The notes under the pieces were generated by a model. The model ran no database searches and had not been told where the DNA came from. It saw nothing but the letters and a program-made list of their open reading frames with translations. Source: an uncultured delta proteobacterium (lineage in GTDB: Bacteria > Desulfobacterota > Binatia > UBA9968). Taken from it: a stretch of 64,000 bases of DNA. Location: the NCBI GenBank assembly GCA_963816145.1, contig CAWFJP010000014.1:96001-160000 (forward strand), written 5' to 3'. This document shows, in pieces, positions 40,762 through 50,510 of this stretch. The position numbers and the translations under genes were made by a program. How positions within the stretch are numbered: position 1 is the stretch's first letter; every line of letters begins with the position of its first letter.

Positions 40762-41913
40762 GTGGAAGTGAAGTTTGGGTTATTTAGCTGCGATTCGCAT
40801 GCACAACTTGACCAAGATGCTTGGACCAAGCGCATGTCCAAGCAGAAGTGGGGCGAGCGGATCCCGCAGATCGTCGAGGTCGACGAGAACGGCAAGACGG
40901 TCGATCGCTGGATGGTCAACGGCAAAGTGCGCAGCGAGTGGGTGTGCAATTGTCCAGCGGCGATGGAAGGCGGCGTGGCACGCGGCTACTATCCGCGCCG
41001 TTGGGACGAAGTCCCGAAGATCGTTTACGATCCCGCCGAACGATTGAAAGCGCTCGATGAGGATCGCGTCGACGGCGAAGTGCTCTATCCCAACGGGCCG
41101 GTGTCGAACTTTGCTTTTCTTCAGGCCGATGCCGAGTTCGAGCTCGCCTGCGTGCAGGCGCATAACGACGCGCTGGCCGAGTGGCGCGACCTGAGCGACC
41201 GTTATGTGCCGGTGGCGATCATTCCCTACATGAGCGAGATTGACGTAGTCGTTGCCGAAGTGGAGCGCTCGGTCAAGCGCGGCCACCGCGGCGTGGTGAT
41301 GTTGGCCGAGCCCGCGTTCACTAAAAAAGGTTTGAAGCGCATGAACGATCCGTTCTGGGAGCCGCTCTGGGCTTGCTGCGCCGAGTTGGGCGTGCCGATG
41401 CATTGGCATGGATCGTCGGGTCTGGTCGAGCAGTTGTCGCTGCCCAAGTGGAGCGGCTTCAGCAAAAGAGAAATGCACACCGTTTCGACATCGCGCTTAT
41501 GTGCCACGCCGGCGCAGCTGATACCCAATTTAATTTTCTCCGGTATCCTCGACCGCCATCCGCGCCTCAACTGGGCCTGCGCCGAAACCGGCTTCGGTTG
41601 GGTGAGCTACGTGCTCGAAGCCAGCGATCACGAATGGGAGACGCGCCAACTGTGGAAGGAAGGGATCAAGACCCGGCCAAGCGAAGTGTTTCGCCGGCAG
41701 ATTTACGTCGACTTTTGGTACGAGAAGGCCGGCATCGAGCTGCGCGAATTGGTTGGCGTCGACAATATCATGTGGGAGTCGGATTATCCGCATATTGCGG
41801 CGACCTATCCACGGTCGTGGAAGTTCGTCGAGGATTCGCTGGCCGGTGTGTCGGAAGCCGAGCGCAAGAAGATGTGTTATGGCAACGCGCTGCGGTTGTA
41901 CGGGCTGGCGTAG
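40762..41913 (+). CDS. Amidohydrolase_2 family protein
   Basis: SCDSH, MHWH, AETG, IMWESDYPH, GNALRLY. Confidence 0.92.
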   Translation: MEVKFGLFSCDSHAQLDQDAWTKRMSKQKWGERIPQIVEVDENGKTVDRWMVNGKVRSEWVCNCPAAMEGGVARGYYPRRWDEVPKIVYDPAERLKALDEDRVDGEVLYPNGPVSNFAFLQADAEFELACVQAHNDALAEWRDLSDRYVPVAIIPYMSEIDVVVAEVERSVKRGHRGVVMLAEPAFTKKGLKRMNDPFWEPLWACCAELGVPMHWHGSSGLVEQLSLPKWSGFSKREMHTVSTSRLCATPAQLIPNLIFSGILDRHPRLNWACAETGFGWVSYVLEASDHEWETRQLWKEGIKTRPSEVFRRQIYVDFWYEKAGIELRELVGVDNIMWESDYPHIAATYPRSWKFVEDSLAGVSEAERKKMCYGNALRLYGLA

Positions 41914-41931
41914 CGGTCGAATAATGGCTCT

Positions 41932-42000
41932 TTGTCATTTCGAACGAAGTGAGAAATCTGCCTACCGCGGAGATTTCTCGGCTCCGCCTCGAAATGACAA
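41932..42000. repeat. REP-like inverted doublet (TGTCATTTCGA..GAGAAATCT / AGATTTCTC..TCGAAATGACA)
   Basis: ttgtcatttcgaacgaagtgagaaatct-gcctaccgcgg-agatttctcggctccgcctcgaaatgacaa. Confidence 0.85.
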
Positions 42001-42027
42001 CGTGTGAAGATTGGAATCACCACGAAA

Positions 42028-43155
42028 ATGACTTTCATCAGTGTCGACGAACATGTTCAGGAACATCCTGAAGTCTGGACCAATCGCTTGTCGCGGCAAA
42101 AGTGGGGCGAGCGCGTGCCGCATATTGGCAAGACCGCCGACGGCAGCGATCGCTGGTTGATCGACGGGCGAGAGATCTCTTTGGACGGCGTCGCCGATTG
42201 CGGCGCGGTGATGGCGAAGCGGACCGAGTGCCCGCAGCGCTGGGCCGATGTGCCGGCGGCGGTTTGCGATCCCAAGGAACGATTGCAGGCGATGGACGCG
42301 GCGGGCATTGAATACGCCGTGCTTTATCCGACCGTCGCCGGTATCGGCGGGCAAAATTTCGGTCGCATCGAAGATACCGAGTTAGAGCTTGCCTGCGTGC
42401 AAGCTTACAACGATTGGCTGCTCGAAGAGTGGGTCAGTGTCAGCCCGCGCTTCGTGCCGCAGTGCCTTGTGCCGCTTTCTCCGATTCAATCGACGGTTAA
42501 GGAAATCCGCCGCTGTGTCGCCAACGGCCACCGGGGCGTGATCTATCCGTCGATTCCGATGGAGCTGCGTGATCTGCCGCATATCAACGACGCGGTCTAC
42601 GATCCGGTGTGGAGGGTGTGCCAAGAACTCGGCGTGCCGGTCTGTTTTCATGCCGGCGCGTCGGCGAAGATCCAGATTCCGGCCTACGACGGCTATGCGC
42701 CGGCCACCGCGGCGGCGATCCGGGCGATCACCCGGCCGGCGAGTTCCGTTTCCGTCTTGGTCAATCTGTTGATCTCGAAAATCTTAATGCGTTTTCCCAA
42801 GTTGAAATTCGTCCTGGCCGAGAGCGGTCTCGGTTGGGGCGCCTATTTGTTGGAGTACACCGACTTTCAGGCTACCGGCGACCAGCTGCCGCAGAACGGC
42901 TACGATCTCATGCCGTCGGAACTGTTCAAGCGGCAGTGTTATTTGGTGGGTTGGTACGACCGCGCCAGCTTGCGCGTGCGCGATTATATCGGCACGGAAA
43001 ACATTCTTTGGTCGAGCCAATTTCCACAGGCGACGTCGACGTGGCCGAATACCAAGGCGGCGCTAGAGAAAAGTTTCACCGGCGTAGCGGCCGCCGATAA
43101 ACAAAAAATTCTCTGGCAGAACGCGGCGCAGTTGTACAAGCTCCCCGTCCTGTGA
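42028..43155 (+). CDS. Amidohydrolase_2 family protein with degenerate active site
   Basis: SVDEH, VCFH, AESG retained, but the strand-8 SD(Y/F)PH motif reads SQFPQ. Confidence 0.88.
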   Translation: MTFISVDEHVQEHPEVWTNRLSRQKWGERVPHIGKTADGSDRWLIDGREISLDGVADCGAVMAKRTECPQRWADVPAAVCDPKERLQAMDAAGIEYAVLYPTVAGIGGQNFGRIEDTELELACVQAYNDWLLEEWVSVSPRFVPQCLVPLSPIQSTVKEIRRCVANGHRGVIYPSIPMELRDLPHINDAVYDPVWRVCQELGVPVCFHAGASAKIQIPAYDGYAPATAAAIRAITRPASSVSVLVNLLISKILMRFPKLKFVLAESGLGWGAYLLEYTDFQATGDQLPQNGYDLMPSELFKRQCYLVGWYDRASLRVRDYIGTENILWSSQFPQATSTWPNTKAALEKSFTGVAAADKQKILWQNAAQLYKLPVL

Positions 43156-43193
43156 TCGATACGTCATCTGAGACAGATAACGGAGTACTAACG

Positions 43194-43874
43194 ATGTCCC
43201 ATTGGCCTAAAATTCGCCCGACCATCGATGCCATGGTCAACCAGCAGTTCGACACCCCGGAGTTCAAAAAGCTATTTGCCGTCACGCTCACGCCAAAGCG
43301 GGTCCAAGTCTATCAAAATCATATGACATTTTATGCCAACAACCGGCGCGACTGTTGGGCGTTTGTCGCCGGCAAGGCGCCGCTCGATGTCAAACGCGCG
43401 ATCTGGGCGCATGAGAAGGACGAGCTGATTCATGACGAGCGCATGGGACGCGCCCATGTGACTGAGGACGATTTACAGTCGGGTGATGAGTGGTTGCTCG
43501 CACCCGGCGCCAAAGTCGCGCATTACGCCTGGCTCTACTGCGCGCGGGAGAAGCCATGGTTGGAGGGTTTGATCTACTCGCATATCCTCGAACGGCGCAA
43601 CAACAACGCCATCGTCAAAGGCGGCGGCTTGGTCGAGCGTTGGAAGCGCAAGCAGCGCGCTGAGCTAGGCGGCAAAAGCGCCGACAAGGATTTTCAAACC
43701 GAAGTGCACGCGGTCGCGGACGAAGATCATTCGGATATTTTCGAGCCGATCTTCGAGCGCTATGTCAATAGTGACGCGGCGGCCGAAGCGGTCCTGGCGG
43801 CGACGCGCGACGGTTTACTGATCGATCGCGCTTTGCGCGGCGCGCTCGCCGACGCGATGTTGGCGGTTGAGTGA
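43194..43874 (+). CDS. Heme-oxygenase-like diiron (HDO; PqqC/CADD/TenA-fold) protein
   Basis: All-helical; HEKDEL..AH, ILE, EVHAVADEDH pattern fits the E..H / E / HxxxDxxH diiron ligand arrangement. Confidence 0.7.
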   Translation: MSHWPKIRPTIDAMVNQQFDTPEFKKLFAVTLTPKRVQVYQNHMTFYANNRRDCWAFVAGKAPLDVKRAIWAHEKDELIHDERMGRAHVTEDDLQSGDEWLLAPGAKVAHYAWLYCAREKPWLEGLIYSHILERRNNNAIVKGGGLVERWKRKQRAELGGKSADKDFQTEVHAVADEDHSDIFEPIFERYVNSDAAAEAVLAATRDGLLIDRALRGALADAMLAVE

Positions 43875-43925
43875 GAGAAATGGGAATGCGGGATGTCACA
43901 TTTCTGTGGCGCGAAGTTATCCGGA

Positions 43926-44026
43926 TCCTTCCCCCTTTGACGGGGGAAGGCTAGGATAGGGGTGCTGCGCAGGCTATGTAAAAGCACCGGCACCCTTTTC
44001 TCACTCCTTCCCCGTCCAAGGGAAGG
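43926..44026. repeat. REP-like doublet (CCTTCCCCC..GGGGGAAGG type)
   Basis: tccttccccctttgacgggggaaggctaggatagggg ... cacccttttctcactccttcccgtccaagggaagga. Confidence 0.75.
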
Positions 44027-44119
44027 ATGCAAGACAAAGACGAGGAAGCGAGTTGCAGCTTTGATGTATATTTAAACTAGGTATTTCATAGTTCGAATCA
44101 ACACCAGAGGAGAACGATC

Positions 44120-45211
44120 ATGGCAGACACACCGGTCACGGCGGAGGAAGAAGTTAGGGAGCGGGTTGCCTATATCTCGCCTTATGAGCAGTGGAAAAAG
44201 TCGGAAGGCTTGCAGACCTATCGGGGGTTGGCGATCAAAAATCTTTACGATCTCGAGCTGTCGCCGTGGAAATCGAGCGGCGATGGTTTGGCAGCGTTTC
44301 TCAATCTCGAGGGCACCGGTGGGTTTAACGATTCCTACGTCGCCGAGATTCCGCCGGGGAAATCGCTCAAGGCGCACCGCCACTTGTTCGAAGAAACCAT
44401 CTACATTCTCAAAGGCCAGGGCGCGACCTCGGTGTGGATCGATCCGAGCCGCAAGGAAACCTTCGAGTGGCAGGAGGGCAGTTATTTCTCTATACCCATG
44501 AATGCCTGGCATGAACATCATAACGCGTCCGGTTTGGATTCGGCGCGCTACATCGCCATGACCAGCGCACCGCGGGTCATCGACACCTTCAACAACTATG
44601 AGTTCGTTTTCGAGAATCCATTTGTTTTCAAGGATCGATACAACTCGGAAGAGGGTTACTTCAAGCAGGCGGCGCCGGCGCAGCAGTGGGCGACCAATTT
44701 TGTCGCCGACGTGCGCGTCTGCGAGACTTACTCCGGCGGCTTCGACCGCGGCGGCGGCGCCAAGAGCACGGTGTTTCGCATGGTCAAGCAGACCGTCAAG
44801 TCACATGTGTCGCACTGGGGCGTCGGTGCCTACAAGAAGGCGCACCGCCATGGCCCGGGAATTCACGTATTAATCATTCGCGGTACCGGCTACTCGATCC
44901 TTTGGCAGGAGGGCAAACCCTTGGAGCGCGTCGAGTGGGGCCCCGGCAGCGTGTTTGTGCCGCCGGAAATGTGGTTTCACCAGCATTTCAATGGCAGCGC
45001 CGAGCCGGTGTTTTTTCTCGCCATCGGCTGGGGCAGTGATAAACCGAAAGCCGGCGGTAAGGCCTATGTCTATAAAAGCGTCAAAGATGGCGGCGATCAG
45101 ATCGAGTACGAAGATGAAGATCCCAAGATCCACGCCGAATTCGAAACCGCGATGAAAAAGGCCGGCGCGCGCTGCAAAATGGATTATCATCCGCACTGCA
45201 CGATGAAGTAG
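44120..45211 (+). CDS. Bicupin protein (gentisate dioxygenase-like fold)
   Basis: EIPPG..HRHLFEETIYILKGQG / WHEH and YKKAHRHGPG / WFHQHFN; GAGGAG RBS. Confidence 0.82.
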   Translation: MADTPVTAEEEVRERVAYISPYEQWKKSEGLQTYRGLAIKNLYDLELSPWKSSGDGLAAFLNLEGTGGFNDSYVAEIPPGKSLKAHRHLFEETIYILKGQGATSVWIDPSRKETFEWQEGSYFSIPMNAWHEHHNASGLDSARYIAMTSAPRVIDTFNNYEFVFENPFVFKDRYNSEEGYFKQAAPAQQWATNFVADVRVCETYSGGFDRGGGAKSTVFRMVKQTVKSHVSHWGVGAYKKAHRHGPGIHVLIIRGTGYSILWQEGKPLERVEWGPGSVFVPPEMWFHQHFNGSAEPVFFLAIGWGSDKPKAGGKAYVYKSVKDGGDQIEYEDEDPKIHAEFETAMKKAGARCKMDYHPHCTMK

Positions 45212-45245
45212 GCTGGGGCTGAAGATCGACGATGGAGGATTGAGG

Positions 45246-46328
45246 ATGGCGCGCAAGCACTGGGCGTTCGTTTCCACCGGGGTACTGATGGCGGTAGCTA
45301 CCTGCCTTGCAGTGGCCAGCGCTGCTTCGATCGAACCAATCTTCGGCGAAATCGCCAAACTTTCCGGCGAGGCTCGGCAAAAACGGTTAGAAGAGGGCGC
45401 CCGCAAAGAGGGCGCCTTTATTTACTATTCGATTTCCAATGCCGATTTGATTGGCGCCTACGTCAAAGGGTTCACCGCTCGCTATCCATTTATCCGCGGT
45501 GAATTTTATCGCGGCAGCGGCAACCAATTGGTCGTGCGCACGATGATGGAGCATAAGTCGGGACGGCTGGCCGCCGACGTCATTTCGGTGGGAACTGAAA
45601 ATGTCATGGCCCTCAAACGCTCGGGGATTTGGACGCCTTACCGCTCGCCGGAGGCGCAGTTCTACCCGCGCGAGCAATACGATAAGGACGGCTATTTCCA
45701 TTCCGATAGTCTCGGCCTGGCGACTATGGTGTACAACACCCAGCTGGTCAAAAAGGGCGAAGCGCCCAAGGGCTACAACGATCTGCTCGATCCCAAGTGG
45801 AAAAACAGCATGACCATCGACCTGGAGCCCGAGCGCGCCATGTTGGCGTGGTTGTCGGCGTGGGGCGAAGCGCGCACGCGCGACTTCGTGCAAAAACTGC
45901 TTGGCAATGGCGCCAGCGTGCGTCGCGGCCATACCCTGCAGGCGCAGCTGCTTTGCGCCGGTGAGTTCAAGGTCGCCGTGGAACTCTATCCCGACGCGGT
46001 CCTGCGGATGCGCCAAAAGGGTTGCCCGGCGGAAATTGTTTTTCCCAATCCCACTCCAGCGCTCGCCGGCGGCAACTACGGCGTCAACATCAATGCGCCG
46101 CACCCCCATGCGGCGGCGCTGTTCGTCGATTTTGTCCTGTCGGCGGAAGGGGCGAAGATCCTAGCCGGCACCGGGCGCATTCCCACGCGCAAGGGCGCCC
46201 GTTCGATCTACGATGAGCTCAACAATTTGGAAGAAAAAGGCGTAACGCTGCATGTCGTCACCGCCGAGCAGACCGACCACGTATCCAAGGCGATGGAAAA
46301 GATTATGAAAGAGATGCTGGTGCGCTAA
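45246..46328 (+). CDS. Extracellular solute-binding protein (AfuA-like)
   Basis: Signal peptide, GARKEG, YNTQLV..PKGYNDLLDPKWK, APHPHAAALFVDFVLS.EG; paralog of 34292-35359. Confidence 0.87.
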   Translation: MARKHWAFVSTGVLMAVATCLAVASAASIEPIFGEIAKLSGEARQKRLEEGARKEGAFIYYSISNADLIGAYVKGFTARYPFIRGEFYRGSGNQLVVRTMMEHKSGRLAADVISVGTENVMALKRSGIWTPYRSPEAQFYPREQYDKDGYFHSDSLGLATMVYNTQLVKKGEAPKGYNDLLDPKWKNSMTIDLEPERAMLAWLSAWGEARTRDFVQKLLGNGASVRRGHTLQAQLLCAGEFKVAVELYPDAVLRMRQKGCPAEIVFPNPTPALAGGNYGVNINAPHPHAAALFVDFVLSAEGAKILAGTGRIPTRKGARSIYDELNNLEEKGVTLHVVTAEQTDHVSKAMEKIMKEMLVR

Positions 46329-46426
46329 TGCTTGTTAAGAGTTATGGTCCTACGCAGTTCAGCTCCGCTGGTTGTTGCAAATCTTTTCTGAATCATAACA
46401 AATAGAATTTGACGTGCCGGTCATAA

Positions 46427-46517
46427 CCCCCCCTTGAGAAAGGGGGGGCAGGGAGGATTTATCGAGTGCGGAATCTGCAGAATAAATCCCCCTGGATCCC
46501 CCTTAACCAAAGGGGGA
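46427..46517. repeat. REP-like doublet (CCCCCCTT..AAGGGGGG..GGATTT / AAATCCC..CCCCCTT..AAGGGGG)
   Basis: ccccccttgagaaagggggggcagggaggattta ... taaatccccctggatcccccttaaccaaaggggga. Confidence 0.8.
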
Positions 46518-46557
46518 AATCAGTAAAGCCCGATGCACACCAGAGGAGGTTTATTCG

Positions 46558-47721
46558 ATGTCCCGCCAGTACCGTTATTTTTCCGCCGATAGCCACTACG
46601 AATCGCTGCCGGAATCATGGACGCACCGGGTGCCGGTCAAGTATCGCGACCGCGCGCCGCGTCGCATTAAGCTTGCCGATGGCCGCGATGCGATCGTCGA
46701 TGAGGGCCAGCCGCTGGAATACCGCGGCACCAATTTATTTGCCGGTAAGGGACCGGAAAACTTCAATCCCACCCGGCTCGACTTCGACAACTCGGTTGGC
46801 GCCGGCTCGCCGCAGCAGCGCATAAAGGAGCAGGATGCCGACGGCATCGACGGTGAATTGCTGTTCGCCACCGAAGCGCGCAATACCAAGATCAAGGACC
46901 GCGACGCCTTCCTCGCCATCATCCGCGCGTTCAACGATTATTTCATCGAGGAATACTGCGCCGTCGACCCGGACCGCTTGATCGGCGTCGCGGTGATGCC
47001 GGACATGGGCGCCGATGAAAACGTCGCCGAGATGAAACGCTGCAAAGCAAAGGGCTTCAAAGCGGTACGCTTGCACACATTCCCAAGCGGTAAGAATTTT
47101 CCGACGCCGGAGGACGATCAGTTTTACGCGGCGGCGATCGATCTCGATATGCCGGTAACGATTCACACGTCGTTTCCTCGCCGTACTGATGAGCGCGACG
47201 TTTACTTGATGAAGTATCCCAAAGATCCCCAGGGTGAAGACCGCCCGTTCGATTTTCTCCAGCGCTTGGCGCGGCAGGGGATCTATCACTGCGGCGCGGT
47301 GGAGGCGACGCAATTGATTTTCACCGGGGTGTTCGACCGTTTCCCCAGGCTGCAAATTTTCTGGGCCGAGAATAACATCGGCTGGATCCCCTACTTCTAC
47401 CAGCAGATGGATCAGACCTATAAGGTCAATTGCCACTGGGCGGAGAAACTTTTGGGGTTGCCCAAGTTAAAGAAGCTCCCGAGCGAATACCTGCGCGAGC
47501 ACGCCCACTGGGGCGTCTTCGACGATCCCATCGGCATCCAGCTGCGCCATATGGTCGGTGTCGACAAGGTGATGTGGTCCACCGACTTTCCGCATATCGT
47601 GACGGTATGGCCCGATTCGCTGAAGCTGGTCGAAGAACAATTCGCCGGTGTGCCGGAAAATGAAAAGCACGCGATGCTCGCCGGCAACGCGGTGAAGTTT
47701 TTTCATCTCGATGCGGCATAA
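46558..47721 (+). CDS. Amidohydrolase_2 family protein
   Basis: SADSH, VTIH, WAENN, MWSTDFPH, GNAVKFF; GGAGG RBS. Confidence 0.92.
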   Translation: MSRQYRYFSADSHYESLPESWTHRVPVKYRDRAPRRIKLADGRDAIVDEGQPLEYRGTNLFAGKGPENFNPTRLDFDNSVGAGSPQQRIKEQDADGIDGELLFATEARNTKIKDRDAFLAIIRAFNDYFIEEYCAVDPDRLIGVAVMPDMGADENVAEMKRCKAKGFKAVRLHTFPSGKNFPTPEDDQFYAAAIDLDMPVTIHTSFPRRTDERDVYLMKYPKDPQGEDRPFDFLQRLARQGIYHCGAVEATQLIFTGVFDRFPRLQIFWAENNIGWIPYFYQQMDQTYKVNCHWAEKLLGLPKLKKLPSEYLREHAHWGVFDDPIGIQLRHMVGVDKVMWSTDFPHIVTVWPDSLKLVEEQFAGVPENEKHAMLAGNAVKFFHLDAA

Positions 47722-47732
47722 CCGGAGAACAC

Positions 47733-47771
47733 GTTCCAGTCGTTTCAAACGTTCAAGCCGTTCAAATCGTT
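47733..47771. repeat. 9-bp tandem repeat GTTC(C/A)Annn x4
   Basis: gttccagtc gtttcaaac gttcaagcc gttcaaatc. Confidence 0.78.
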
Positions 47772-47867
47772 GACGGAAGAAGATGCGGATTCGGAGGGGA
47801 GGGCCGCAAACCTTGTCCAGAGCGCATGCCACGGTACTAAAGCTTTGCGAACAACGCAGAAATGCGG

Positions 47868-47950
47868 TTCACCACGAAGGACACGACGAGCACGAAGTTC
47901 GGAATCTTAATCGTCCGATACCTTCGTGTCCTTCGTGATCTTCGTGGTGA
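47868..47950. repeat. CACGAAG palindromic element
   Basis: ttcac-cacgaag-ga-cacgacg-ag-cacgaag-ttcgga-atcttaatcg-tccgatac-cttcgtg-tc-cttcgtg-at-cttcgtg-gtga. Confidence 0.92.
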
Positions 47951-47985
47951 GATCCATCCTTCCCGGCATCGCACGCTGTTCAAGT

Positions 47986-48987
47986 TCACACGCCCAGCAG
48001 CTTGCGCAGTATCCGGTCGTCGATTAAGTCCTCGACCTTCAGATTTCCTACCTTGGGGTTTTGTTGTTTCATCAGGCGCTGGACGTTGCGCAGGCCCTCC
48101 AACGACGGATAGGGTTTGGCTTCGACACCGGTGATGAGATCCTGGTAGCCTGCCTCGGCGCTGTTGGCGTCGGGGATGCGCAGGCGCGTCGTCATCGTTT
48201 TAATAACCGCTGCCTTGTTGGCCGGCGCCAGGCTGAACTGGATACCTTCAAGAAGGCTTTTCAAAAAATTCTCGATCACGTTTGACTGCTTCTGCAGAAA
48301 TGTTCGTGAAACGACAATCCCTTGGCCGGGAAACGGAATGTTGGCTTTGCCGAACTCGGCGATGACTTTGAATCCCTTTTGCTTCAATCGATGGGTGTAA
48401 ACGCCGTCGAGGGTAGCGACGTCGACATTGCCGGCTTCGAGAGCTTGAGTGTTGTTGGTCTGGTCGCCAACGATCATGAGCGAAATCTGATCCCGCGTGG
48501 CTTCCAAGCCCAAGTGTTCCAGGCCGAGCAGAGCGCCCATCCATAAACTGCCGCCAATGCCGCCGGTGCCTAGGCGTTTGCCGCGCAAGTCTTCGACCTT
48601 GTTGATTCCTGGGCGGGCGATTAAATCATAAGTCAACCGATTTGACATCATGGCAAGTATTTTCAACTCAGCGCCGTTGGCGGCTGCGCCGAGCGCGGTA
48701 TTGGAGCCGCCGTAGACGATCTGCAGCTCGCCGGCGAGTAAGGCGGCCACTGCTGGCTGGGAGAGGCGCGTCAGAACTAAGATTACGTCGAGTCCGTTTT
48801 TGGCAAAAAAGCCGCGCTCCTGGGCGATCCACAGCGGCGAAACGCGTGAGTTGAGCGTCGACAGACCGACGATGAGTTTAGTTTGGGCGGAGGATTGGAC
48901 CGGCAGTAAGAAGCAGAAACAAATGAGGATAGTTACTGCAGTACGGCGCAAATAGTTTTTTGCGCAAGTTGCAAAGTTCTGCTCCAT
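47986..48987 (-). CDS. NMT1/SsuA-like substrate-binding protein
   Basis: SSAQTKL, WIAQERGFFAKNGL, DLRGKRLG, PYPSLEG, LIDDRIL; start uncertain. Confidence 0.85.
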   Translation of the reverse strand: MEQNFATCAKNYLRRTAVTILICFCFLLPVQSSAQTKLIVGLSTLNSRVSPLWIAQERGFFAKNGLDVILVLTRLSQPAVAALLAGELQIVYGGSNTALGAAANGAELKILAMMSNRLTYDLIARPGINKVEDLRGKRLGTGGIGGSLWMGALLGLEHLGLEATRDQISLMIVGDQTNNTQALEAGNVDVATLDGVYTHRLKQKGFKVIAEFGKANIPFPGQGIVVSRTFLQKQSNVIENFLKSLLEGIQFSLAPANKAAVIKTMTTRLRIPDANSAEAGYQDLITGVEAKPYPSLEGLRNVQRLMKQQNPKVGNLKVEDLIDDRILRKLLGV

Positions 48988-48995
48988 TAGTTTCG

Positions 48996-49040
48996 CCCTC
49001 ACTCTCACCCTCGCCATCTCCCATCGGAATGGGCGAGGGG
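48996..49040. repeat. REP-like element (CCCTCAC..CTCCC..GGGCGAGGG type)
   Basis: ccctcactctcaccctcgccatctcccatcggaatgggcgagggg. Confidence 0.65.
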
Positions 49041-49073
49041 GATAAGAGAAAGTTTATTTTGATCTTAGCCGAA

Positions 49074-50246
49074 TTATTTTCCGTGCCAGTTGATCCATAG
49101 GCCGAGCAACGCCACGCCGGCGGTGGCGAGATACATGATTCGAAAACTCTGGTCGACCAAATCAAGTAACGCGCCGAGGGTCAAGGAGCCGATGCCGATG
49201 CCCAGGTCGTAGAAGAACTGAAACTGCGCCAGCGATTGGCCGCGCCGTTGGCCGTCGCTGCGATCCACCGCTTGAGTCATGAGCGCCGGTTGGGCGGCGC
49301 CGGTGCCGAAGCCGCAGACGATGGCAGCGGCCATCAAGCCGTTCGAGGTTGTCGCGAACGCCAGAAGGACGATGCCGGCCAGATTCAATATCAGTCCGGG
49401 AATGATCGCGGCGCGGCGGCTGATTTTATCCGAAATCGGTCCGGCGATGGGCCGGCTGAGAAGGATGCAGGCGGCGTAGACGCCGAACCAGATGCCGGGA
49501 TTGGTGACGCCGATTTTCAAAGCTTGAATCGGTAAAAACGTCAGAATGCCGCCGTGGCCGAAGGACAGAAACGCCACGCCGATGGCCGGGTCGAGGGATT
49601 CTTTGACCATGATGTTGTCGATCCAGCGCTTGGCTTTGTCGGGTTCAGTGAAGGAACGCTTCGGTTCGGTGACGGGAACGGCGAAGATAAAACTCAGAAT
49701 CAGCAATGCGCTGGCGCCGAGAAACACGCCGGAATAATCGAAGCGATGGAACAGCGCGAAGCCCAACACCGGACCCAGCGCTGAAGCCAGGCTGCTGGCC
49801 ATAGCGGCGTAACCCATCAAGTCGCCGCGCCGCGCTTTCGGTACGATGTCGGCGCTGATGGTCGACACCGCGGTGGTGCAGCCCGACCAGCCTAGGCCAT
49901 GGAGCACGCGAAACGGCAACATGAGTAAAATCGACGGCGCCCATAAGTAGCCCAACTTGCCGGCGGTGAAAAACGCGATGCCATAGAGTAGAAATGGCTT
50001 GCGGCCGATGCGATCGATGAGCAAACCGACGGGAATGCGCGTCGCCGTGGTGGTGATCGTGAATACCGCCATCACCGCACCGATGACGGTGGACGAGGCG
50101 CCGAAGGTGATCAAATAGAGCGGCAGCAGCGGCCGGGTGACATGATGAGCGAGAAAGATGCCGAAGCGGCTCAACCAAGTGAGTACGAAATCCTTGAGCC
50201 AAGGGCGGTCTGATGATGCTTGCTCGGATGCTTCACTCTTGGCCAT
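49074..50246 (-). CDS. MFS transporter
   Basis: GLLIDRIGRK and GPISDKISRR motif-A repeats; about 12 TM segments. Confidence 0.92.
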   Translation of the reverse strand: MAKSEASEQASSDRPWLKDFVLTWLSRFGIFLAHHVTRPLLPLYLITFGASSTVIGAVMAVFTITTTATRIPVGLLIDRIGRKPFLLYGIAFFTAGKLGYLWAPSILLMLPFRVLHGLGWSGCTTAVSTISADIVPKARRGDLMGYAAMASSLASALGPVLGFALFHRFDYSGVFLGASALLILSFIFAVPVTEPKRSFTEPDKAKRWIDNIMVKESLDPAIGVAFLSFGHGGILTFLPIQALKIGVTNPGIWFGVYAACILLSRPIAGPISDKISRRAAIIPGLILNLAGIVLLAFATTSNGLMAAAIVCGFGTGAAQPALMTQAVDRSDGQRRGQSLAQFQFFYDLGIGIGSLTLGALLDLVDQSFRIMYLATAGVALLGLWINWHGK

Positions 50247-50319
50247 GGGAAGCTTCGATCATTGCGGTAGGAGTGTGACAAAGTCAATTGCGTGAAATAC
50301 AAGATATCGGAGAGATTCC

Positions 50320-50398
50320 TTCACCACGAAGGCACGAAGAGCACGAAGTTCGGAATCTAATTTTCCGAAACCTTCGTGTCCTTCGTGCCTTCGTGGTG
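50320..50398. repeat. CACGAAG palindromic element
   Basis: ttcac-cacgaag-g-cacgaag-ag-cacgaag-ttcgga-atctaattt-tccgaaac-cttcgtg-tc-cttcgtg-c-cttcgtg-gtg. Confidence 0.92.
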
Positions 50399-50510
50399 GA
50401 TCCTCTGTTTCGTCCACCACAGCTGCCTACTGGTAGTACAAATTTCTCGTTGCAAACTTTCTGGAGTCCTGACAGAGTGAGGCCGTTTTGCCGACGGGAG
50501 GAGTGAATTT

